From: a virus
Taxonomy: Duplodnaviria > Caudoviricetes
Reading direction: 5' to 3' (one strand)
Virus record (IMG/VR): IMGVR_UViG_3300030012_000996
Location: 1 to 50,230 of that record
DNA length: 50,230 bases
Shown here: positions 29,481 through 38,243 of the stretch, in pieces
How the letters are laid out: the number at the start of each line of letters is the position of its first letter
Numbering within the stretch: the first letter of the stretch is position 1
Program-made: the position numbers and the translations under genes
Notes under the pieces: generated by a model
The model's database searches: none
The model's input: only the letters and a program-made list of their open reading frames with translations
What the model was told of the DNA's origin: nothing

Positions 29481-31684
29481 CTAGTCTGCTATCATTTGGT
29501 GTATATGGTCAATATACATATGAGGCAAACCAACCGTTATACGACCTACACGATAACGCAAACAACTTCAATGGCGAGTTAGCTTACGAGGTAGTTGATG
29601 ACGGTATTTCACCTGCAATTAGCCTTCCTTTTAATTTTACTTTTTATGGGTCTACATTTACAAAAGCGAGAATGGCTACAAATGGTTGTCTTCACTTCGG
29701 CGATACTGGCAGCTATTGCAATGACTATACTCCTGACCCTATTAACGGGCAACACACTTACACCATTTACGGTTTCTGGACTGACCTCATAAGAGATAAC
29801 GGCTCCCGCATGAAATCATACGGGGACTCTGACAAGATGATATTCGGTTGGTACAAGATGAGGGAGTACAACCGTGCATCTGACAATAGCTTTGAGATTA
29901 TATTGTGGAACAACAATTCCTTTGATATACGGTACAGAGAACTAGACATAATCAATCATGATGTGCTTATCGGCGAGGTGGGTGCAAACAAAGATAATTC
30001 GTACACCTATTACTACCATGATGAATGCTCTACTGGCACAACAAACGCTAGTAATTGCGTAAACACCAACTGGAACGCTACAACAATAAATACAACTCTA
30101 GAGAACGGAGGCTCGTTGTATGGCGCAGGAAGTGGCAATGGTATTGACTGCAGTAATCCTCTGAACGATAGCAGTTGTAGTGGATATGCTGACGCCTACC
30201 TAACACAACAATGCAACATAACACAGCTTTACAGCGAATCATGTCCTAATTACTGGGAAGCCTACGACGACCAACAATGCGACGACGACCCACAGTACGC
30301 GCCTTTCTGTCCTGGCTACAGACAGGAACAATCGGTGGCTTTCTTTGATGACACCAGCGTTGATTACGGATTTATAGATGAACAGGAACAGTTTGCTACG
30401 GGCAACTTTGATGACGGATTTCACCAACAAGATTTTCAAGATCAATTTTTCGTAGTTGAAATATTTGAAGAAGAAATGTTTACTCCTTACGAGGAATTTG
30501 AAGATTTCAATGAATACTTTGATGATCCTTTTACAGATGAAGTTATTGTTTTCTTTGATATTGAACCTTTGCCTTTTCAAGATTTTGACAGACCGCACAG
30601 CGACCCGCAGCACAACGATGAAATTTTGTTAGACGAGTTCGTTTTTCAAGAAACATTTTTAGTAGAGGACTACACAGAACCAAACACTTTTATAGAGTTC
30701 AATTCAGTAGAGGAGTTGGAAGAATGGTTTGAAGAAGAAACTAACGAGCATTTTGAGGAAAGGCCCGAGGAAAGACTGGCGGACTTAGACGAGCCAGAAG
30801 AAGAATTCATAGAAGAAATATTTGAGGAAGAAGCAGTTGAGGAAGTCTTTGAAGAAATAGAAGAAATGCAAATAGCTATGGAAGAAGAAAGAATTGCCGA
30901 AATGGATCAAGAAAACAGAGAAGATGCTATTGAAGACGTAGAAGAAGAATTTGTGGCTGTTGAATCAGATACGCCTACTGGAAAAAGTAAATTAATGATA
31001 ACAGCGCTCAATGTCGTTAAAGCAGGCATCAAAACAGCTTCTAACAGCTATTCTCAGGCTTCAGGAGGCTCTCAAACAAATAATTCAGGCAATAACACTT
31101 CTTCATCAAACAATGCAACAGGAAGCTCTACAGCGTCAGCCGGTGGAATTAGCACTTCAAGCAGTCCTAGCATGTCAGACCAGTTCGCAAGCGCAACCCA
31201 GCAAAGCAATCAAGTTCTATCCATGTCCGGGGACAGTGGTGCCGGAGTTTCTATGTCTGTAACGCCACTTCCAACTTTTGATAACTCTGCGTCTATGGCT
31301 ATAGCTGATGTGCAGGTTCAGAACGTACAGGGCGAAATTGATACCGCTATGTCGGGTGCAATGACATCATCAGAGGCAGATCAAATAGCAGATCAGATCA
31401 TTGCAGCTAATATAGAGGCTCAAAAAGAGGAGATTGAACAGGAACAGCAGGAAACCGGAGAATATGCAGATGAGTCAACTTTGATAGCTCTCATAGGCTA
31501 CGTACCAAGTTTTAACAACTACACCCAGATAACTGTTCCAGACGCGCAAGACTGGTACTCTAGTCAAACCATATATGAATCTGCTACACTTGATGATAAC
31601 ACTAATGCCTTTTTTGGGTTAGTTAACGATAATTTAAACGGTCTTAATCAGATGATGAAGGACCAACCTAATATTTGGAGATAA
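29450..31684 (+). CDS. exported 744-aa protein: nidogen-like beta domain, Cys repeats, acidic linker
   Basis: Signal-like N-terminus; LPFNFTFYG..F....MATNG and FWTDL (NIDO-like); CxxxPxxxxxCxGY-type repeats; Glu/Asp/Phe-rich middle. Confidence 0.75.
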   Translation: MPSRILCYAVASLLSFGVYGQYTYEANQPLYDLHDNANNFNGELAYEVVDDGISPAISLPFNFTFYGSTFTKARMATNGCLHFGDTGSYCNDYTPDPINGQHTYTIYGFWTDLIRDNGSRMKSYGDSDKMIFGWYKMREYNRASDNSFEIILWNNNSFDIRYRELDIINHDVLIGEVGANKDNSYTYYYHDECSTGTTNASNCVNTNWNATTINTTLENGGSLYGAGSGNGIDCSNPLNDSSCSGYADAYLTQQCNITQLYSESCPNYWEAYDDQQCDDDPQYAPFCPGYRQEQSVAFFDDTSVDYGFIDEQEQFATGNFDDGFHQQDFQDQFFVVEIFEEEMFTPYEEFEDFNEYFDDPFTDEVIVFFDIEPLPFQDFDRPHSDPQHNDEILLDEFVFQETFLVEDYTEPNTFIEFNSVEELEEWFEEETNEHFEERPEERLADLDEPEEEFIEEIFEEEAVEEVFEEIEEMQIAMEEERIAEMDQENREDAIEDVEEEFVAVESDTPTGKSKLMITALNVVKAGIKTASNSYSQASGGSQTNNSGNNTSSSNNATGSSTASAGGISTSSSPSMSDQFASATQQSNQVLSMSGDSGAGVSMSVTPLPTFDNSASMAIADVQVQNVQGEIDTAMSGAMTSSEADQIADQIIAANIEAQKEEIEQEQQETGEYADESTLIALIGYVPSFNNYTQITVPDAQDWYSSQTIYESATLDDNTNAFFGLVNDNLNGLNQMMKDQPNIWR

Positions 31685-31688
31685 GTTA

Positions 31689-32048
31689 ATGGACTGGTTT
31701 CAAAATAAAACAACACAACTAATTGCCCTAGTGGGCATTGTCGGAACTCTTGCCGGATTTGGTTATAGCGGCGCAACCTATGTTAATCGCCTTGAAAACC
31801 TTGAGGCAAAGATAGGCGGAATAAGCGAAGCGGAAGATAACGTGCAGGCCATAGAAGAAAGGTTCGCATCAATAGAAACTTCTGTACAGTTCTTGGAAAA
31901 AGAATTAGACGGAATTGACATGCCAGACGTTACAGAAATCAAGACTGACATAGCTACGTTGAAAGCTGACTTGCAAAGTTTAGACAATAACCTAGAAAAA
32001 TTAGAGACTAAGCTAGATAAGAAAGACGACAACCCGCTTAACGGATAA
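31689..32048 (+). CDS. N-terminal TM plus coiled-coil protein
   Basis: LIALVGIVGTLAGFGY followed by heptad repeats, ending NPL. Confidence 0.75.
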   Translation: MDWFQNKTTQLIALVGIVGTLAGFGYSGATYVNRLENLEAKIGGISEAEDNVQAIEERFASIETSVQFLEKELDGIDMPDVTEIKTDIATLKADLQSLDNNLEKLETKLDKKDDNPLNG

Positions 32049-32251
32049 TGCGCTTCTTAATTCTATGCGTAGTTCTTACTGCTTGTGCGTCCGCACCAGT
32101 GCAAAAAGAATGGAACGATAAATACGACCCTGCAGCATGGCGCAAGCAATTTGAGGAATGCAGGGATTTGCTGTACACGGCTTTTCCAGAGGAAGTGCAA
32201 AGAGACGAATGGTCAGAGTGTATGAATAGAGACTATGAAAACAATTTATGA
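32048..32251 (+). CDS. small lipoprotein
   Basis: Lipobox LTA-C after a hydrophobic stretch. Confidence 0.7.
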   Translation: MRFLILCVVLTACASAPVQKEWNDKYDPAAWRKQFEECRDLLYTAFPEEVQRDEWSECMNRDYENNL

Positions 32252-32453
32252 CTGGCTAATAAGTCTATTTATACATAGATACCAGATTAGAGTATCTTTC
32301 AATAAAGAGTATGGAGATGCCGACGATAAGGTCTACATAAGTAAAAAAGTCCTGGTTCAAAAAGAAAATCACCTTAAGTTCAGAGATATGAATAACAAAA
32401 TAATAGAGTACAGAAGCGCAGGCGGCCTGAACTACATAATTGAGGATATGTAA
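32235..32453 (+). CDS. hypothetical protein
   Basis: Overlap-coupled on both sides. Confidence 0.65.
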   Translation: MKTIYDWLISLFIHRYQIRVSFNKEYGDADDKVYISKKVLVQKENHLKFRDMNNKIIEYRSAGGLNYIIEDM

Positions 32454-32848
32454 TGCAGCAGATACTTATAGGAATTATTATCGTTTTAGGTTTATCTACC
32501 TACTATCTCTATAGCCAAAACCAGATAATCACAGCTAACAACAAAGCACTAGAAGGGGCGATAGAAACACAAGAAGAAACTATTAAAACTCTGCAGAACG
32601 ACTTTGAGCTTCAGACAGAGCAATTACAAACATTAACAGTCAAAAGTCAGGCAGCGCAAAGAGAGTTAAATAGATATACACAGTTTATACAGAATTATGA
32701 ATTGACAGCTAAGATACTTGCTGATCCTAAAGAAATGCAGAGGAAAATTAACAATGGAACAAAACACATCATGGAGGACATTGAGAAAATCAGCGGTACC
32801 GTTGATAGTCTTGATGACGGCCTGCAGTTGCAGCCTGCTTCCGACTAA
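32453..32848 (+). CDS. i-spanin (Rz-like)
   Basis: N-terminal TM plus long coiled coil; overlaps a lipoprotein gene. Confidence 0.75.
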   Translation: MQQILIGIIIVLGLSTYYLYSQNQIITANNKALEGAIETQEETIKTLQNDFELQTEQLQTLTVKSQAAQRELNRYTQFIQNYELTAKILADPKEMQRKINNGTKHIMEDIEKISGTVDSLDDGLQLQPASD

Positions 32849-33134
32849 GCAAATAGAAATATCGGCAAAGCCTATTGATAGAAAAATAGTGCAGCCTATT
32901 ATGCCGAGAGAGATTGATCTAAAGCAGTTGCAATGGATAGCTGTAACTCCGGATAACTGGGAAGAGCAACTTGCGATAATAGAAAAACAGGAAGGCGAGT
33001 TAGTATTTCTGGCTATGACTATTCCAGATTACGAAGTAATGGCCTACAACATGCAAGAAATCAAGAGATACATCACAGAATTAAAAGACGTGGTCGTATA
33101 TTACAGAACAGTCACGACAGAAAAAAAAGAATAA
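32754..33134 (+). CDS. o-spanin (Rz1-like lipoprotein)
   Basis: LIVLMTACSC lipobox and Pro-rich segment; exact start uncertain. Confidence 0.72.
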   Translation: MEQNTSWRTLRKSAVPLIVLMTACSCSLLPTKQIEISAKPIDRKIVQPIMPREIDLKQLQWIAVTPDNWEEQLAIIEKQEGELVFLAMTIPDYEVMAYNMQEIKRYITELKDVVVYYRTVTTEKKE

Positions 33135-33200
33135 TTATTATGAAAAAACCTTTAAATCTGCTAGGCTTAAATTTTCATATATTTCATTTAGGAGATAAAT

Positions 33201-33362
33201 ATGGGAATAATAGGAGAATGGATAGGGATAATCACAGGCGTCGTATGCATAGCATCAATAGTCTGCGCATTAACACCTACACCTAAAGATGATGCAATGA
33301 TCGGTAAGTTCTATAAATTTTTAGAATTACTGGCCTTAAACATCGGAAAAGCTAAACAGTAA
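33201..33362 (+). CDS. 53-aa membrane protein, holin-like (below the ORF-track cutoff)
   Basis: AGGAG RBS; MGIIGEWIGIITGVVCIASIVCALTPTPKDD...LALNIGKAKQ. Confidence 0.75.
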   Translation: MGIIGEWIGIITGVVCIASIVCALTPTPKDDAMIGKFYKFLELLALNIGKAKQ

Positions 33363-33393
33363 AATTAAAGGTGCAGAGGCACCTACTTAAATT

Positions 33394-33786
33394 ATGGCAA
33401 CAGTTACACCATTTGTTTACAACGCAATACTGGAAAAGGTCGTAGACGGAGACACGATAGATGTTACTCTTGACTTGGGGTTCAGTGTCTTTCTGCATAA
33501 ACAACGCTGCAGGTTGGCAGGCATAGATACTCCCGAGTCAAGAACCCGGAACCTAGAGGAAAAGGCTCTTGGAAAAAAGGCATCTGCTAGACTTTCAGAA
33601 TTGTGCGTCGGTTCATTCAAAATAAAATCACTAGGTAAAGGTAAATATGGGAGAATACTCGCGGTTCCTTACACTGAAGACGGCAAAGACATTTGTAAAA
33701 TGCTTATTGACGAAGGTCACGCGGTTGAATACTGGGGCGGAAAGAAAACAGCAAAAGTCAGAGATGACGGAACATGGGGGCAATAA
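33394..33786 (+). CDS. thermonuclease (SNase) family protein
   Basis: VVDGDT, RLAGIDTPE, GKYGRILA, LIDEGHA. Confidence 0.9.
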   Translation: MATVTPFVYNAILEKVVDGDTIDVTLDLGFSVFLHKQRCRLAGIDTPESRTRNLEEKALGKKASARLSELCVGSFKIKSLGKGKYGRILAVPYTEDGKDICKMLIDEGHAVEYWGGKKTAKVRDDGTWGQ

Positions 33787-33787
33787 A

Positions 33788-34231
33788 ATGCACATTTCAC
33801 AAGAAGGTATAGATTTAGTAAAGAAGTTTGAGGGTTGCAAACTGGAGGCATATCAATGCGCAGCAGGAGTTTGGACTTGCGGTTACGGTTCAACCAGAGG
33901 AGTGCAACAGGGCGACGTCTGGAGCCAAGAGAAAGCAGAGATAATGCTGGTAGACGAACTAGAGGAATACGGCTCATACGTAGAAGAACTGGTAACGATT
34001 CCCCTGAATCAATGCCAGTATGACGCTTTGACTTCCTGGACGTTCAATCTCGGGCCGTCTAACTTGAAAAGCAGCACACTGTTAGCAGTCCTTAATCAAG
34101 GCAAGTACGAGGAAATCCCATACCAAATTAAAAGGTGGAACAAAGTAAGCGGTGTTGTGAATGACGGACTTATTAGAAGACGGGAAGCAGAAGCATTGCT
34201 TTTTGAGGGTAAAAGTTGGGAACACGTCTAA
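33788..34231 (+). CDS. GH24 phage lysozyme (endolysin)
   Basis: FEG....AYQCAAGVWTCGYG, FNLG, GLIRRREAE; probable start MHISQEG. Confidence 0.93.
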   Translation: MHISQEGIDLVKKFEGCKLEAYQCAAGVWTCGYGSTRGVQQGDVWSQEKAEIMLVDELEEYGSYVEELVTIPLNQCQYDALTSWTFNLGPSNLKSSTLLAVLNQGKYEEIPYQIKRWNKVSGVVNDGLIRRREAEALLFEGKSWEHV

Positions 34232-34447
34232 ATGGCTCTAAGCAAGACACAGAACAAAAGACTAGGAGTGATATTATCAGTAATGTTCAACGAGGAGACG
34301 CCGCCGGAAATGCTAAACGAAGTTGTAGAGCTGGGCTTCGTGGAGAAGATTGATAATTCTTTTCAACTCACAGATAAAGGCATTGATGAAAAAAACCGAT
34401 TGTGCACGCTGTCGGGCCTTAATATCAAGTATTCTAGCGAAAAGTGA
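34232..34447 (+). CDS. hypothetical protein (possible winged helix)
   Basis: ELGFVE...FQLTDKG pattern. Confidence 0.55.
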   Translation: MALSKTQNKRLGVILSVMFNEETPPEMLNEVVELGFVEKIDNSFQLTDKGIDEKNRLCTLSGLNIKYSSEK

Positions 34448-34448
34448 A

Positions 34449-35006
34449 TCAGACCCAGTCGTTTCCCTCGTACCAACCAACCAAGCTGAATCTCTCGCCC
34501 TTAGTTACCTTAGTGACCCTATGATAAAGAAAAGAAGGAAAAACTAAGATAGTACCCCTCTCTCGCAGTTTCTTCTGGTCAAGTTTCCCCATATCCTTAC
34601 TAAACTCAAAATCGCCGCCTACGTAATCTATGCTGTCTGATAGCTGAACTGTTATGCTTAGCTTTCGTTGTGACGAATTGTCAAAGATGTTTGAGTCCAT
34701 GTGGTAATCGTAGAAATCACCGGGTCCGTACTTAGCGATCTGGAACTCCTGAAAACCGTTTAGCTGGACGCCGAAACATTCGCGGTTTGCCATGATTATG
34801 TACTGGCGCATAATCCTATCAAGGTAAGCTCCATTCTCTGAATCGTACTCGCAAGGCAGAATGTTAGACGATCTCACGTTCTTGTTGATACTTGAAACGT
34901 TGCCTATCTCGGCTTCCTTAGGCTTGCCCTCAATATATAGGGCCTTGATAGCATCGCAGTGTTCTTCGCTTAACTCCGCTTGCCAAGAATAGCAATAGGA
35001 GTTCAT
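34449..35006 (-). CDS. 2OG-Fe(II) oxygenase
   Basis: HxD (YHMD), RKLSITVQLS, GGDF, FPSFLYHRV, RFSLVGW. Confidence 0.92.
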   Translation of the reverse strand: MNSYCYSWQAELSEEHCDAIKALYIEGKPKEAEIGNVSSINKNVRSSNILPCEYDSENGAYLDRIMRQYIIMANRECFGVQLNGFQEFQIAKYGPGDFYDYHMDSNIFDNSSQRKLSITVQLSDSIDYVGGDFEFSKDMGKLDQKKLRERGTILVFPSFLYHRVTKVTKGERFSLVGWYEGNDWV

Positions 35007-35101
35007 CAGCTTCTATTTCTAAATAAATATATAAGAGCTCTGATTGAGTCCTTAGGTAAGTGTCGTAGGTGTTTAGGTATCTTTACATTCTGCACTATCA
35101 T
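35006..35101 (-). CDS. 31-aa micro-ORF
   Basis: MIVQNVKIPKHLRHLPKDSIRALIYLFRNRS; GGGG RBS; TGATG-coupled to the oxygenase. Confidence 0.55.
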   Translation of the reverse strand: MIVQNVKIPKHLRHLPKDSIRALIYLFRNRS

Positions 35102-35109
35102 GTTTCCCC

Positions 35110-35205
35110 CTATCTAAAAGTAATAAAGTCAGATGCGTCTATATCATCTAATGCAATAAAAACAACGGTTGTTAAGTTTGCAATTATTAACAAATCAATA
35201 ATCAT
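35110..35205 (-). CDS. 31-aa hydrophobic micro-ORF
   Basis: MIIDLLIIANLTTVVFIALDDIDASDFITFR; AAGGA upstream. Confidence 0.45.
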   Translation of the reverse strand: MIIDLLIIANLTTVVFIALDDIDASDFITFR

Positions 35206-35338
35206 TATCCTTGCCCCACTTGCAATTAATGATGTCTTCTAACTCACCCGATGTGTTGTCATTGACTACGAAGTCAACAACTATCCAGAACATTATCCAG
35301 ACTGCAACAGGCATTATTAACCAGAATATATAGTTCAT
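35195..35338 (-). CDS. 47-aa membrane micro-protein
   Basis: MNYIFWLIMPVAVWIMFWIVVDFVV...; GGGG RBS. Confidence 0.6.
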   Translation of the reverse strand: MNYIFWLIMPVAVWIMFWIVVDFVVNDNTSGELEDIINCKWGKDNDY

Positions 35339-35433
35339 AGTTTCCCCTTGATCCATAAAACCATAGCTAAGAATATACCACAAGCGCCGTAAAGTGCTAA
35401 AAATCCTATGACTATATTAATAAATATTTCCAC
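35335..35433 (-). CDS. 32-aa membrane micro-protein
   Basis: GTG start with AGGAG RBS; MEIFINIVIGFLALYGACGIFLAMVLWIKGKL; coupled on both sides. Confidence 0.55.
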   Translation of the reverse strand: MEIFINIVIGFLALYGACGIFLAMVLWIKGKL

Positions 35434-35774
35434 TAGACTTGCACTCCTTTCAAAAATTCTGTGCAAAACATTTCGTCAATATCCTCAAGTTCCATGTTGC
35501 CGAAATCGTTTTCAGAGTACCAGCCAGATTTAACAAGAGCTATATCGTTGTTTTTTCTGCTTATCAGCTTGGCAAATTTATAGGCTTGTTCTTTGCTTTC
35601 GTAATCCTCACTTTCAACAAAAGAATCGGCATAGCCACCGTTTGAGAGGAAATCTTCTCTAGTTAATTTGTAACCGTGTTTTTTCATTTCTTTTTGCTGA
35701 TCCAGTCTGAAAAGCATGTTTTCTTTAACAGGACAAAAGTATTCAACAAAATACATTCTAGTTAGGCTTTTCAT
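35433..35774 (-). CDS. hypothetical protein
   Basis: Coupled member of the leftward operon. Confidence 0.7.
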   Translation of the reverse strand: MKSLTRMYFVEYFCPVKENMLFRLDQQKEMKKHGYKLTREDFLSNGGYADSFVESEDYESKEQAYKFAKLISRKNNDIALVKSGWYSENDFGNMELEDIDEMFCTEFLKGVQV

Positions 35775-35965
35775 CAGTGAAGTACCCTCTCTCTACAGCC
35801 GTTCTTGAGGAACATAGCCAGATCGTAGTTGTCGGCGGCACTCAATATAGACTCAACCTCTTTAAGCGACATGCTCATTAGATCGGCTTGGTACTTTATT
35901 GACAGCTTAGCCATTTTCTTTTCCAGTGCGGACATCTCCCTAAACTCGTCGTTCTTAATTGACAT
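35774..35965 (-). CDS. hypothetical protein
   Basis: Likely start MSIKND with GAGG RBS. Confidence 0.65.
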   Translation of the reverse strand: MSIKNDEFREMSALEKKMAKLSIKYQADLMSMSLKEVESILSAADNYDLAMFLKNGCRERVLH

Positions 35966-36131
35966 TTTCCACCTCTCTAGGTTCGTAGCTTGCTGTGTGG
36001 CCCGTAGCCCATATCTCGTCAACGCGTCTCTTTGCGTCGGCTTCCTTGTTGTAGGTCGCTATCTTCTTGTGCTCACCGTATCTACCTATGTGCGCGAAAT
36101 ACTGGTACACGTCATATACTGTCGTCTTCAT
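35955..36131 (-). CDS. 58-aa hypothetical protein (not in the ORF track)
   Basis: MKTTVYDVYQYFAHIGRYGEHKKIATY...EPREVENVN; ATGA overlap with the upstream gene. Confidence 0.65.
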   Translation of the reverse strand: MKTTVYDVYQYFAHIGRYGEHKKIATYNKEADAKRRVDEIWATGHTASYEPREVENVN

Positions 36132-36508
36132 TTTATTTTTCCGACGTAAGCATCAAGTACGTAAGGCCCGTATTGCTCAATGCTGTCAATGTACTCAATA
36201 GACCAGTTAGTCCTGGTGTAATACTTATCCTTGAATAAACCGTAGTCAAACATCAGTTCGCAGTAGAAATTGAACTTCTTGTACTTACTCCTAAGAGCAG
36301 ACTTTCTTATAAGTTTTTTGTACTGCGTGTTGTAGAGTCTTAAAGCCATTTCGTAATCGCAGGCCGCCTTGACGAACTTCGTTACCAACTTAAGCAGGCT
36401 TTCGTCAAACGGCACTATCGTGTTGTAGTCCCTTGCGCCTCCTATGCAAGAATACTCTCCACCTATCGCAGTTAGATAGAGGGTGCTTAATGAGTTATCA
36501 GATTTCAT
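36128..36508 (-). CDS. hypothetical protein
   Basis: AGGAG RBS; TAATG coupling. Confidence 0.7.
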   Translation of the reverse strand: MKSDNSLSTLYLTAIGGEYSCIGGARDYNTIVPFDESLLKLVTKFVKAACDYEMALRLYNTQYKKLIRKSALRSKYKKFNFYCELMFDYGLFKDKYYTRTNWSIEYIDSIEQYGPYVLDAYVGKIK

Positions 36509-36756
36509 TACTTAACTCCTGCAACAAAAGAGTCATAAGCTAATTTAGCTTTTTCTTTACTAAATTCTTTAAATGGAATATTTTTTTCATATCTGCCTGC
36601 GAAACCTTCTATTAATTTATAATCAGTTTCGCCGTCAACAAAGTTTCTTATAAACAGGCGTTTTTCTTCTTTGTTTTTAGAATAAAAAACTTCTGTTACT
36701 TGACACTTTCTACCTAGATAAGATAGATTTTTTTTAGCTATATTATGAATTTTCAT
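36508..36756 (-). CDS. hypothetical protein, first gene of the leftward early operon
   Basis: AGGAG RBS downstream of promoter copy 3. Confidence 0.75.
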   Translation of the reverse strand: MKIHNIAKKNLSYLGRKCQVTEVFYSKNKEEKRLFIRNFVDGETDYKLIEGFAGRYEKNIPFKEFSKEKAKLAYDSFVAGVK

Positions 36757-36796
36757 TTTATTCTCCTGCTCTATGAGCGTTTCAATTTATATATAA

Positions 36797-36839
36797 ATTC
36801 TAATCTTTTTTTACGTAATAGTAAACCTTTTTTGGAATA
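36797..36839 (-). promoter_or_regulatory. leftward promoter with TATTCC motif (copy 3)
   Basis: TATTCCAAAAAAGG-TTTACT-17 bp-TAGAAT; overlaps the 3' end of vsr. Confidence 0.75.
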
Positions 36840-37230
36840 ATTTATTAATAACTTTTTCTAGCTTTTCTGGCTTGTTTACATGGCATTCCCATACTGTTTC
36901 AACTTCCCAGCCAAGTTTCCTAAGGTCTCTGCGGTTCCTAGCGTCTCGTTTTCTATTGGCTGTAAACTTGTTTAGCCAGAACTCTGTATTAGTCTTAGGA
37001 ACCTTTCTACCTCTCTTGCAGTTATGTTTATGCCAGAAACAACCGTTCACGAATATGCAGGTGTTGTATTTCGGCATAACTATGTCCGGTTTCCCGGGCA
37101 AGTCCTTTCTATGCAGTGAAAATCTGAATCCTAAACCGTGTAGCAGCTTTCGCATGTTCACCTCTGGTTTGGTGTTCTTTGACTTGATGCAGGACATTAT
37201 CTTGCTTCTGACTGGATCGGGCTTATTCAT
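36811..37230 (-). CDS. vsr: very short patch repair endonuclease
   Basis: RS..MS.IKSKNTKPE, LPGKPDIV, FVNGCFWH, FW..K...N..RD, GW....VWEC. Confidence 0.92.
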   Translation of the reverse strand: MNKPDPVRSKIMSCIKSKNTKPEVNMRKLLHGLGFRFSLHRKDLPGKPDIVMPKYNTCIFVNGCFWHKHNCKRGRKVPKTNTEFWLNKFTANRKRDARNRRDLRKLGWEVETVWECHVNKPEKLEKVINKLFQKRFTIT

Positions 37231-37574
37231 TAGAAAGGCAAATCGTTGTCTTCATCTTTAGGCGGCGACCAGGATTTATCTTCCCAAAGTCGCCTAGCCC
37301 ACTCTTGACCGAATGTTGCCGGTAATCCAAAACTGGCGAAGAACTTGTATTCGTCACCAAACTTCGTGTGCAAAAGCGAATGATGCATCATACAAAGAGG
37401 TATCACGTTTCTGTCGTTGCTTTTAAGCGATAGGCCGCGCTTTCCGTCATATGGTTTCATAAGGTGGTGCGCTTGGACCTCGCTTGAATGCGAATAGTAA
37501 CCGGCTTTGCAGATCAGGCACGGAAGCGTTCTTATCCATTCAAGATGCTTTTTGTTCTGAAATCTCTTAGCCAA
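37230..37574 (-). CDS. HNH-like/DUF968-like zinc nuclease
   Basis: HLEWIRTLPCLIC...AHH...IPLCMMHH. Confidence 0.72.
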   Translation of the reverse strand: MAKRFQNKKHLEWIRTLPCLICKAGYYSHSSEVQAHHLMKPYDGKRGLSLKSNDRNVIPLCMMHHSLLHTKFGDEYKFFASFGLPATFGQEWARRLWEDKSWSPPKDEDNDLPF

Positions 37575-37585
37575 GTGTGTTACCT

Positions 37586-37972
37586 TTAGAAGCCTATTTT
37601 ATCAGCTATCTCCTTTTCGCTGTATTCCTTTTCCTCTTGGACTTCCTCAAAGCCCAGACTGGTAAAAGGCACGCCTTCCGAGGTTTCTCTGTTCCAGCAA
37701 CCCAGCTTGTATATCTTTTCCTCGCCGGTGGCTATAGTTACCTTACCGCCCATGTCCGGGGTTCTCTCACTTCTTTTCTCGGTGTTAAGGTGCAACAGAC
37801 CGATTGCCTGGTACATCTCGTACTTAGGCTCGCCCTGCTTGTTGTAGCTTTTTATAATCGCACCGTAGAACTTTTTATCGTTCAGGGTGTAATTACCTTT
37901 CTCTTTTACTTCGGCCTTGACCTCACGCCACATGTAGCCCTTGCCTTCGTCGTCATACTTTTTATCACTCAT
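37586..37972 (-). CDS. putative single-stranded DNA-binding protein
   Basis: PDMGGKV...W.R pattern, acidic tail ending IGF; beside the annealing protein. Confidence 0.55.
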   Translation of the reverse strand: MSDKKYDDEGKGYMWREVKAEVKEKGNYTLNDKKFYGAIIKSYNKQGEPKYEMYQAIGLLHLNTEKRSERTPDMGGKVTIATGEEKIYKLGCWNRETSEGVPFTSLGFEEVQEEKEYSEKEIADKIGF

Positions 37973-38243
37973 TTTCTACTCCTATAAGTTTGTATTCATA
38001 ACCTTTACTATTAAACATTCTTCTTTTCTCTATAACCTCGCCTTCCATAGGCAGATTAAACTTCACTCTCTGCGGAACTTTACGAAAGTCTCTTATGGCT
38101 GCACTGATAGAAGGCTCGCCGTAAGAAACTCCCGTATTGTTGATAATAACCTTTCGCAAGGTCCAGAAGTTCCACCATTTACCGTTACGCATGCATCTAT
38201 AGACACATTCATTCAACGAAATCTTACTTCCCATAGAGGTCAA
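37965..38243 (-). CDS. hypothetical winged-helix-like protein
   Basis: SISAAIRDFRK...IEKRR...YEYKL. Confidence 0.6.
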   Translation of the reverse strand: MTSMGSKISLNECVYRCMRNGKWWNFWTLRKVIINNTGVSYGEPSISAAIRDFRKVPQRVKFNLPMEGEVIEKRRMFNSKGYEYKLIGVENE

